A DNA stretch of 18,906 bases, taken from contig JAYTHY010000137.1 in assembly GCA_043732185.1 (NCBI GenBank), positions 1 to 18,906 of the forward strand, written 5' to 3'. Positions within the stretch are counted from its first letter, which is position 1; every line of letters starts with the position of its first letter. Below the pieces are notes generated by a model. It searched no databases. It was not told the origin of the DNA and was given only the letters and a program-made list of their open reading frames with translations. The position numbers and the translations under genes are program-made. Origin of the DNA: Fibrobacteria bacterium (lineage in GTDB: Bacteria; Fibrobacterota; Fibrobacteria; UBA11236). Below, one piece after another: positions 9,601 through 16,606 of this stretch.

Positions 9601-11991
9601 TCCATGGCCCAAAAAGCCGCTTCTAATTTAACCGCCCGCACGCTTGAAGGTCGACGGGATACCTTTTTGGGCCTGGCAACGTGCAATGATCCGGTCTCGC
9701 AATCTTTGGCGGAATCCCTGGGTGAAAAAGTTGCTCCTAATGATCCGGACCGTGAAGTCCTGCGCGCCCTTGTCCAGGTCAGCCTACGCAATAAGTCCTG
9801 GGGACAACTTGCAACCGCTTCAAAAAAATTGGTTAGTACTTTTCCTGAGGACGCCAACCTAGCCCTCACCAGCGCCAAAACCCTTCTAGCCGCCAAGGAC
9901 GAGCCCAAAGGCAAAGAGGTGCTGGCCGCTATTGTCCTTCACATGCCCACTCCAGAAGCCTCCTGGTTGCTTGGTAAAATCTATTTCGCCAATAAAGACT
10001 GTCAGCATGCTGCGGAACAATTTGGTTTGGCAAGCGCCAACTATCCCGATGCGGGAAAAATGCGCGCCGAGTGCTTGGTGGAATTGAAGGATTTGATGGG
10101 AGCCGCTGCGGAGTATGAAAACCATTTTGCCCATACGTCCGATAAGGAATCACTGCGTGCCCAGTATAGACTCTACACTCAGCTTGCCAATGAGCCTCAA
10201 GCCCGGCAAGCGTTGGAGGCGATAAATGCCAAGGGCTGGGCATCGGAAGATGAAAAACTTCGACTCGGTTTAATGCAAGCCGTTATTGGTGATACCACCA
10301 AAGCAATCCTTCTTTTCACCGATTTGTTCCGTGTCCGAACAATTTTCCCCCAAGACAGTTTATGGCCACGGGCCGCCTTAATATTGGGCAATCATTTGTT
10401 ACTCGAAGGCAAATGCGAAAAAGCCAATAAGCTTCTCTCCGGGGCTCTCAAAGCCGCCCCCACCTTGGCAGCAAAAACGCTTGAGGGCCGCAGAGATACT
10501 TTTCTTGGCCTAGCTGCCTGCAATGATCCTTTTGCGCAAAACTTGGCTGAATCCCTTTCAGACAAAATCACCGCCATCGACCCGGATCGCGAAGTGCAAC
10601 GCGCCACCGTTCAAGTCAGCCTGCGCAATAAATCTTGGAGTCGGGCTAGTAATGCATCCATAAAACTCGTCCGAGCTTTTCCTGATGATGCCAGCTTGGT
10701 CCTAAACACGGCAAAAAGTCTCTTGGCGGCAAAAGAAGAATCTAAAGCTAAAGAAGTTCTCGCAGCTATTGTCCTTTCGACACCCACTCCAGAAGCCTCC
10801 TGGTTATTGGGGAAAATCTATTTTGCAGCGAAAGATTGCCGCCAAGCAGCCGAACAATTTGCTTTGGCGAGCGCCATTTATCCTGAGGCAGGAAAAATGC
10901 GAGCCGACTGCCTAGTGGAATTGAAAGACTACCAAGGCGCCGCCGCTGAATATGAAAGCCGGCACGCCAGGACCGGAGATAAAGAATCGCTCCGCGCCCA
11001 ACTGCGCATGTATCTTCAAATGGGTGATGCACGGCAAGAGAAAGAAACTCTGGAAGCCTTACAAGCCAAAGGCTGGACGACCGAGGCTGAGAAACTTCGG
11101 CTAGGCCTTATGCAGGCTGCCGCTGGTGATTCCACAAAAGCTGCGGCCCTTTTTCTGGACCTATTTCGGGCTCGATCCACTTTTCCCCAGGATAGCCTCT
11201 GGTCTCAAGCCGCTTTGATTTTGGGAAACCTAAGCCTGGGACAAAACCAATGCGACAAAGCGATCAAATATTTATCCATCAGCCTCAAATCCGCTCCCAC
11301 CCCATTGCCCAATCGCGCGGATGTCTTGATGCAAATTGGAGACTGCAATGTGGAAAAAAATGACTGGAAAGAAGCCTATATAGCCTATAACGAAGGTCGT
11401 TCCGCCGATCCCAAGTCCTTGCCTTTGGCCCGTGGACAACTCCAGGCCGCAAAAAAACTCAATAACAAAACCCAACTCGCCGTAGCCTACCAGGCCATCG
11501 CCACACTCGATCCCTCCGATGAAGAAGCCCATGCCTTCCTGGGATTGGCCAGACAAAACGCCAAGGATTATTTGCAAGCGGCCTATCATTTCCGATTGAT
11601 TGCAGATTTGCATCCTACTTCGGCTAAAGCCTGGGAGGACCTCGGCAATGCACTCGCCATGATTCCAGACCTTGCAGCCGCCGCCGGACCCCTGCAATCC
11701 GCAATTGATCTAGGAGCAGAATCGGACGAAGTGTATATCAATCGAGCCAGAGCCTTCCGTGTTGAGCACTCCAAAGACATGGCCGCATCCATTCTGGAAT
11801 TTTTACTGAGCCGCAAGGCACAGAATTACTTGGCCCTACTTTGGTCGGGGAAATTCGCGGAAGAAGACGGCAATATGCAGGTGGCACGGGAGTTTTACAA
11901 AAAAGCAGCGAAGCTTACGCCTCCCAACACCCCTTGGCCTGATTTAGCAACCCAAGTTTTGCCACAAGCCAGCGCCGTGGAGCCACAATAG
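6670..11991 (+). CDS. Giant exported TPR/alpha-solenoid protein (1773 aa) with four 279-aa internal modules
   Basis: Signal-peptide-like N-terminus (KLRLSKNTISFLVAAILGAYSFPKA), acidic linker, TPR helices (e.g. AWEDLGNALAMIPDLAAAAGPLQSAIDL, AHAFLGLA), long uninterrupted ORF. Confidence 0.9.
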   Translation: MNTTILVSKLRLSKNTISFLVAAILGAYSFPKASDLEEKIPSADASTVLAEGSTADEGKEDGNEEGNVSAAEVKSLIKDVNKVLTRNYPGIDTTALIKRIQTRLQWGEKDDRLIEAEGILHWDRGETHLALPCFRRLTDPSPLAMGLMAEALLKKGERYEAAAWFLKAARAYPPKEAVALTMYKHYLEIKSEQGKVVMEYGARLELQQRFTEALDIYSRHQAEIAIDTAATFRVGKLFSKQGMDKDANVLYGLALQTHGENKDLWVLRAQTQERLNQKVESAISWMGAWSLNPSDTSARNRAIAHLESVSPAADTLLKEVLQKGLAKDPFSAPLHFKMATLLLKANERATAYFHLDQALKAAPQNPNYLARLSEAIEGDSLIKVHLKTLKQQSEKNGASTRLTLQVARGSSLSGDKTQACQAWLKANTLSPNSLDGRRDAFLDLAACDEPAAATLAEKLIEKVVPAETDRQIQRAIVQICLRNKSWARASTASIKLVTAFPEDAGIALAVAKNLLAAKDEVKSKEILSAIVQHMPTPEASWLLGKIYFDKKECQPAVEQLALARANYPEAGKMRAECLVQLKDLAGAAAEYENHFTQTSDKESLRAQAHLYSQLGNAPQTKQALEALNAKGWAMEEEKLRLGLMQSASGDTAKAVALFSDLFRSHTTFPSDSLWSKAALILGNHLLLEGKCDKGTKLVTTALKATPNLAAQVLYGRRDTFLGLAACNEPAAQSLAEILGDKIAPNTPDRQALRAIVQIGSHNKSWGHVADASSKLVSAFPEDANIALASAKALLTVKEEPKAKEVLTAIVLHTQSPEASFLLGKIHYANKDCRQAAEQFALARTAYPEVGKMRAACLVELKDFSAAAAEYENHFAHTGDKESLRAQAQIYNKMNSAPQIVQSLETLNAKGWASEDEKLQLGLLQASSGDSAKAMVLFIDLFRTRTAIPPDSLWSTAALLLGNHFLLEGKCDKAIHLISMAQKAASNLTARTLEGRRDTFLGLATCNDPVSQSLAESLGEKVAPNDPDREVLRALVQVSLRNKSWGQLATASKKLVSTFPEDANLALTSAKTLLAAKDEPKGKEVLAAIVLHMPTPEASWLLGKIYFANKDCQHAAEQFGLASANYPDAGKMRAECLVELKDLMGAAAEYENHFAHTSDKESLRAQYRLYTQLANEPQARQALEAINAKGWASEDEKLRLGLMQAVIGDTTKAILLFTDLFRVRTIFPQDSLWPRAALILGNHLLLEGKCEKANKLLSGALKAAPTLAAKTLEGRRDTFLGLAACNDPFAQNLAESLSDKITAIDPDREVQRATVQVSLRNKSWSRASNASIKLVRAFPDDASLVLNTAKSLLAAKEESKAKEVLAAIVLSTPTPEASWLLGKIYFAAKDCRQAAEQFALASAIYPEAGKMRADCLVELKDYQGAAAEYESRHARTGDKESLRAQLRMYLQMGDARQEKETLEALQAKGWTTEAEKLRLGLMQAAAGDSTKAAALFLDLFRARSTFPQDSLWSQAALILGNLSLGQNQCDKAIKYLSISLKSAPTPLPNRADVLMQIGDCNVEKNDWKEAYIAYNEGRSADPKSLPLARGQLQAAKKLNNKTQLAVAYQAIATLDPSDEEAHAFLGLARQNAKDYLQAAYHFRLIADLHPTSAKAWEDLGNALAMIPDLAAAAGPLQSAIDLGAESDEVYINRARAFRVEHSKDMAASILEFLLSRKAQNYLALLWSGKFAEEDGNMQVAREFYKKAAKLTPPNTPWPDLATQVLPQASAVEPQ
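7975..11290 (+). repeat. Four tandem 837-bp intragenic repeats
   Basis: GRRD[AT]FL anchors begin at 7975, 8812, 9649 and 10486, each exactly 837 bp apart. The end of the fourth copy is approximate. Confidence 0.93.
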
Positions 11992-12034
11992 GGCTGCGAA
12001 GAAAAAAATTTACGGGGACGCAGCTTGGATAGGC

Positions 12035-12949
12035 TTAAGGCAAAGTAAGACTCATGCGCGGTACATGCACTTTGACGTGCTTTCTTGCCGTTCGTCGCCC
12101 GTCTAATCCAATACGTTCACGCCTTCCTGTTTCACTCCACCGCACCTGACTGGCAGCGGGTATCAAGCTTCCCGTTCCAGCGATGCTTATGTCGGGAATA
12201 TCAATATTCTCGATACGAATCCAACCTTGGGAACTTAAAGTCTCGGCACAGATGAACACGCCCTGGTAATACCATGTGTCGTAGTTTAAAGAGGTGCCAG
12301 AATTATCCGCCCAGTATTTGACAATCGCCTGTACATTCACGGGGCCATCCCAGGACTTCCCCTGCCGAACCGCCCAGAGCTGGATAAAATTGCCCTGGAT
12401 TTGTTTATAGCAGTCGTACCCGACGGAAGATCCCGGGGGGTACACTACACCAATATGTTTGGTCATCCAGCTCCAGTCTTTACGGTTGGATTGGGTCACG
12501 ATGTAGCATTCATAAGAGCTGGTCATGTCATAGTCCTTAAAATGATCAATACCGGCCAGTTCAAATTTCAGGCCAAATGTATATTCGCCCGTATTCGCGG
12601 TGATATTACCGGAACCGGTCCATTTGACGGAGTAATCCTTCCCAAAAGTACGGACCATAGGCCAATGGTTTGGGTCGCCGGCATACCTTGAAATATCCGG
12701 GATCCAATTGCCTCCAGCCGAATTCCAGGTGGCATAAAACCAGCCCCCTTTGCCGGTAAAGGTCGTATTCGTTCCCGACCACTGGCGCGTGACAGAGGGC
12801 TTGGCGCCTTCACACCATGCCTTTGAAAACCACCCATCCGGGAAATTAACCCAACCACAGGCGTTGGAGTTTCCCTGAGCATAAATTGAATCGTTGGAAA
12901 GAAACGAAGATATTACGGCAGTTAAAAGAAATCTTGAAAGAGACGTCAC
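12035..12949 (-). CDS. Secreted divergent GH11 (xylanase-fold)-like protein with basic C-terminal tail
   Basis: AAGGAG RBS before GTG; signal peptide ending IYA-Q. GH11-like motifs in the right order: GWFSKAWCEG, GGWFYATWN..GNWI, YECYIV, GVVY...YDCY, FIQLWAVRQ, GPVNVQAIVKYWA, YYQ...AETLSSQG. Confidence 0.7.
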   Translation of the reverse strand: MTSLSRFLLTAVISSFLSNDSIYAQGNSNACGWVNFPDGWFSKAWCEGAKPSVTRQWSGTNTTFTGKGGWFYATWNSAGGNWIPDISRYAGDPNHWPMVRTFGKDYSVKWTGSGNITANTGEYTFGLKFELAGIDHFKDYDMTSSYECYIVTQSNRKDWSWMTKHIGVVYPPGSSVGYDCYKQIQGNFIQLWAVRQGKSWDGPVNVQAIVKYWADNSGTSLNYDTWYYQGVFICAETLSSQGWIRIENIDIPDISIAGTGSLIPAASQVRWSETGRRERIGLDGRRTARKHVKVHVPRMSLTLP

Positions 12950-12987
12950 GTTAAACTCCTTCAGCTCATGGATGGGAATCCACCTAA

Positions 12988-13623
12988 CTAAAAGATAATC
13001 TTAAAACCGAGCAGCCCCAGGCCACTTTCGTTGTCGTAGGTGCTGTTGTCATAAATATGATGCGTATAGAAGATAGAAGCGATATTGACCTTACCCAGCA
13101 GAAATAAGTTTAGGGTGGGGCTGATTTTTTGTTTGAATTCATGATCGGAATTCACCCAGAGGTGTTGGGGCACATCCAAAAACAAGCCCCATCTGCCCCA
13201 GCGAGCCATATGATAGCGTATTAAACTGAACTCTTCGTAGCGGTAGTTGTGGTTTTGAGCCAGCCACACCGATTCTTTACCATATAAGAATGTCCCAAAA
13301 TTGATCTGGGCGTCTAGGGAATTTTTGAGATTGAAATGCGGGCGCTGATATTTTTCCACCAGGTAGAGAGGGTAAGAGCCTTTACTTCCAAAACCTATTT
13401 GAAAAGAATTCCACCATAAGGATCCCTTATCTTCATTGCGGCTTACGGTATGGATGCATTCATGCAGCAACAACCCGCTGATCAACCATGTGTCAAATTC
13501 ATATCGATAACCGGGAGTCAGCGTGTACCTGATTTTATCCAATCTGAAAATGGTCGAATCCGGCCTCTCGATCAAGGTGGAATTGGCAATGAGCCAATTG
13601 GAAATAAAAATAGCAGTCCCCAA
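12988..13623 (-). CDS. Hypothetical outer-membrane beta-barrel-like protein, probably 5'-truncated
   Basis: Aromatic-rich alternating strands and C-terminal GFKIIF ending in Phe. No signal peptide, TTG start without RBS, in-frame TAA 10 codons upstream. Confidence 0.5.
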   Translation of the reverse strand: MGTAIFISNWLIANSTLIERPDSTIFRLDKIRYTLTPGYRYEFDTWLISGLLLHECIHTVSRNEDKGSLWWNSFQIGFGSKGSYPLYLVEKYQRPHFNLKNSLDAQINFGTFLYGKESVWLAQNHNYRYEEFSLIRYHMARWGRWGLFLDVPQHLWVNSDHEFKQKISPTLNLFLLGKVNIASIFYTHHIYDNSTYDNESGLGLLGFKIIF

Positions 13624-13768
13624 ACCAATGAATGGAGGGAACGATTGGGTTTAGCGCCTAAGTAGAACATTTTGTTTTTCCAATTCAATAAATGACAAGC
13701 TGGTTACAATCTACCCAGTATCCTTTTTAAGTTACACCGAAATTGTAAGGGTACTGAGCGCTAAAAAA

Positions 13769-14107
13769 CTATTGTCTATACGCACTCAGAAAATCGAGAA
13801 GACTGGATTGCCCTTGAGTAGTGGATTGCGGGTCGTTTTGGTCACTGGGCGTCTCCAGTGCGGATAACAAATCATTAAAGACATTGGGTTTCAAGAATTT
13901 CCCTGACGGTAATGTATTGGCTTTTAGGTAGTCCCTGGCCTGGGAAGAAAGCGTGACCTTGTCTTGAGATAGGGCGGTGCCGCTTGACGCATTGGATTTG
14001 GTGGCTTTCGTGGATGCGTTTTTTGCATTCGGATTGGACTTGGGCTGTTGGAGGTTGTAATTCCCTTTAAACTGGGAAATTAAATCGTGTAGAGAGGAAA
14101 TCGACAT
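13769..14107 (-). CDS. Small low-complexity protein with FlgM-like DxVxLS motif
   Basis: MSISS start, Ser/Asn/Lys/Gln-rich disordered region, QDKVTLSSQAR, C-terminal SLLDFL. Confidence 0.65.
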   Translation of the reverse strand: MSISSLHDLISQFKGNYNLQQPKSNPNAKNASTKATKSNASSGTALSQDKVTLSSQARDYLKANTLPSGKFLKPNVFNDLLSALETPSDQNDPQSTTQGQSSLLDFLSAYRQ

Positions 14108-14116
14108 GATATAGGA

Positions 14117-14143
14117 TCATCGACTGCTTTTGAATTTTTATTA
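14117..14143 (-). promoter_or_regulatory. Sigma28 (FliA)-like promoter
   Basis: Minus strand TAAT-N15-GTCGATGA versus consensus TAAA-N15-GCCGATAA; ends 9 nt before the ATG at 14107. Confidence 0.45.
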
Positions 14144-14248
14144 ATCGAATTGTGTAAATGGCTTTTTTGGGTTTTAGCTTTTCTGCACAATTTCATCGCT
14201 GACGGGCAATTGGGCACTTTCAGCGGCCCTTGCCGAAGTCGAAAAAGC

Positions 14249-14482
14249 CTAAGCTTTGGTGAGCTCGGCAACCTTTTTAAGCGCTGCCAAAATACCGTTC
14301 TTGGCGATAAAGCGGACTCCGGCTCCACTTACCTTCAAAGAAACCCAGCGTTTTTCTTCCGCGATCCAAAAGCGCTTTGTATGCAGATTCGGTTGGAAAA
14401 ATTTACGAGTATGGTTCATGGCATGGGATACTTGATTGCCCTTTTGGCTCTTCTTCCCGGTGACTTCACAAATACGGCTCAT
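14249..14482 (-). CDS. rpmB: 50S ribosomal protein bL28
   Basis: [11 protein letters not shown]...[20 protein letters not shown]; 77 aa, basic. Confidence 0.97.
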   Translation of the reverse strand: MSRICEVTGKKSQKGNQVSHAMNHTRKFFQPNLHTKRFWIAEEKRWVSLKVSGAGVRFIAKNGILAALKKVAELTKA

Positions 14483-14544
14483 GGAAAACCTCGGCTTAAG
14501 CTGGAAAACTGAAGGGGCAAAGTTAGTAATTATGGATGAAATTC

Positions 14545-15624
14545 CTAGGCCTGAGCCTCATTTATAGGGGGAAAACCCATTTTTTCGAGAATTTGGGAGA
14601 CTCCGGTGGCGGCCACAGCTTGGTGCTTTTGAGACGTTAGGATTTTCAGCTCCGGTCCCAGGTCCACGGATAGAAAGCGTTCCAGGGATATTTCCATGCC
14701 TAAGCCTCGCTGTAACACCAATTCCCGCAGCATGTCGAATTCGGCGAATGCGTTACGGCCGAGGAACAAAATGGGCTTGCCCAAAGAAAGGCATTCGGAA
14801 ACCAATCCATAACCTAGCTTGCCCAGAACCACGTCCACCGATGCCGTGAGATCGGCATATCGGAAACTTACATCTTTGGGGATTTGATGATAATTGTTGG
14901 AAGCGCCTTTTAAAGGATAAAGCCCCAAAAACTCCCAATCCGAAAATTGGCCCAATTGGTCCCAGGAGACTCCCTCAAGGCCAAAACTGCCTACATAAAT
15001 AAGACACCATTTTTTTCCTGCATCCAATCCGAAGCGCTCGGCGAATTCCATCCTGCGTGGTGCACCAGTCCGGCATACCATTCCAATTTCTTCGAAAGTT
15101 TCCCGGTAGGAACTTTTCATCCAGGGAAAAAACCGAATCCATCTTTGGGCCTGAGAATAATCTTCCTGCATTCTTTGCAACATATCCCCGTAACGCGGAT
15201 GTTTCTCAAGGTATGGCAGATAAATATCCACCCAGTCGAAATTGCAAAGATTCCAGGCGGGTATGGCTGCCGCTTTGGCAATGGGAAAAGCCAGAGGAGG
15301 AATGTCACCGATTACCAGGTCGGTTCTGCTGTTCACGAGCTGCGCGGAGAAATGTTTTATTGCCCTAGCCCTATCGTTATCCAGTTCGGCATAGCGCGCG
15401 AAAGTGGCTTCTATATCCACGTTCACGGTGCTGGTTTGCAAACAGCCGCAATCGATCTCACACGGAATCAGCCGGTAAGGCCGATGCAATTCTTCTTGAA
15501 AGAAGGCTTTGGGAAGCGAGGTGTAAATATCGACTTCGACATCTGGAGGCAGGGCGGAAATAATCGCGGAATTGCGCACACCGTGGCCGAAACCATGGCC
15601 GGTCAGAAAAAAGGCGATTTTCAC
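14545..15624 (-). CDS. GT-B fold glycosyltransferase-like protein (HGFGH type, like the L-arabinokinase N-terminal domain)
   Basis: [55 protein letters not shown]. Start moved to GTG 15624 because the longer ORF overlaps ispH. Confidence 0.75.
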   Translation of the reverse strand: MKIAFFLTGHGFGHGVRNSAIISALPPDVEVDIYTSLPKAFFQEELHRPYRLIPCEIDCGCLQTSTVNVDIEATFARYAELDNDRARAIKHFSAQLVNSRTDLVIGDIPPLAFPIAKAAAIPAWNLCNFDWVDIYLPYLEKHPRYGDMLQRMQEDYSQAQRWIRFFPWMKSSYRETFEEIGMVCRTGAPRRMEFAERFGLDAGKKWCLIYVGSFGLEGVSWDQLGQFSDWEFLGLYPLKGASNNYHQIPKDVSFRYADLTASVDVVLGKLGYGLVSECLSLGKPILFLGRNAFAEFDMLRELVLQRGLGMEISLERFLSVDLGPELKILTSQKHQAVAATGVSQILEKMGFPPINEAQA

Positions 15625-15673
15625 TTTGTTGCTTGGCTGCTTTGGTGCTTTGCTTATGAGGCTGGAGCCGGAA

Positions 15674-16606
15674 TTAAACCGCGGTGAGAATATCCGGTAG
15701 GGAAAAATGGACGTTTTCTTCCAGGATGATGTAGTCTTCTGCTTCAGTGCCGGGAAATTCTGCTTGAATCCATTTGACCACTTCTTGCACCAAATCTTCC
15801 GGGGCTGAAGCGCCGGATGAAATGCCGATATTTTCAATCCCCTCAAACCATTCGCGTTTCACGTCATTGGGTCCATCGATTAAAAAAGATCGTTTCCCCA
15901 TCCGTACGCCCAGCTCCCTAAGCCGGTTGGAATTGGAGCTGTTGGATGAGCCGATGACCAAGAGGATGTCGACGAGTTTTGCCATCTCAGTGACCGCCTG
16001 CTGACGATTGGTGGTGGCGTAGCAAAGATCTCCCTTTTCGGGTCCTTTGATTTTTGGAAAACGCTGCTTGAGGGCGAGAATGATATCGCGAGTCTCTTCT
16101 ATCGAAAGCGTTGTCTGGGTGGTATAAGCCAATCCATCTTCGTTGATGTCCTTGAGTGTATCGACGTCACTGGGTTTTTCCACCAGGATAACCTGGCCTT
16201 CAGCGAGTTGGCCCATGGTGCCCACCACTTCGGGATGTCCGCGGTGGCCGATCAGAATAATCTGAAGATTGTTTTTATGATAGCGCTTGACCGAAGAGTG
16301 CACGCGTTTGACCAAGGGACAGGTCGCGTCGATGGTCACCAGTTTCCTGCCATGCGCTTCGGTATATACTGTGGTGGGAACGCCGTGCGCGGAAAAGATG
16401 GCGACGGAATTCAAGGGCACTTCTTCCAGTTCCTCTACAAAAACTGCGCCCTTGTCGCGTAGGCGAGATACTACCGCTTGATTGTGAACGATTTCATGCC
16501 GGACATATACCGGCGCTCCAAATTTTTCGATGGCCTTTTCCACAATGCTGATGGCCCTTTGCACACCCGCACAAAATCCTCTGGGTGAGGCAAGATAAAT
16601 TTTCAC
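15674..16606 (-). CDS. ispH: 4-hydroxy-3-methylbut-2-enyl diphosphate reductase
   Basis: PRGFCAGV, HEIVHN, FSAHGV, DATCPLV, HPEVVG, TQTTLS, CYATTNRQ, SSNSNRL, SGASAPE. GTGA overlap with the waaA stop. Confidence 0.98.
   Translation of the reverse strand: MKIYLASPRGFCAGVQRAISIVEKAIEKFGAPVYVRHEIVHNQAVVSRLRDKGAVFVEELEEVPLNSVAIFSAHGVPTTVYTEAHGRKLVTIDATCPLVKRVHSSVKRYHKNNLQIILIGHRGHPEVVGTMGQLAEGQVILVEKPSDVDTLKDINEDGLAYTTQTTLSIEETRDIILALKQRFPKIKGPEKGDLCYATTNRQQAVTEMAKLVDILLVIGSSNSSNSNRLRELGVRMGKRSFLIDGPNDVKREWFEGIENIGISSGASAPEDLVQEVVKWIQAEFPGTEAEDYIILEENVHFSLPDILTAV

Noticed and set aside
5865..11991. Exonuclease plus TPR protein as an anti-phage defence system
   Set aside because: The TPR protein appears exported, has no NTPase or effector domain and has its own candidate promoter; the context is housekeeping.
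11993..12024. Terminator between the convergent TPR and GH11-like genes (gctgcg...cgcagc)
   Set aside because: Stem of only about 6 bp, 20-nt loop, no adjacent U-tract.
14160..14248. Structured RNA or terminator downstream of rpmB (cgctga...tcagcg)
   Set aside because: Short stem with a poorly pairing interior; no recognisable tRNA or ncRNA features.
15625..15846. Long N-terminal extension of the glycosyltransferase ORF
   Set aside because: It overlaps ispH in another frame; family similarity begins at VKIAFF.
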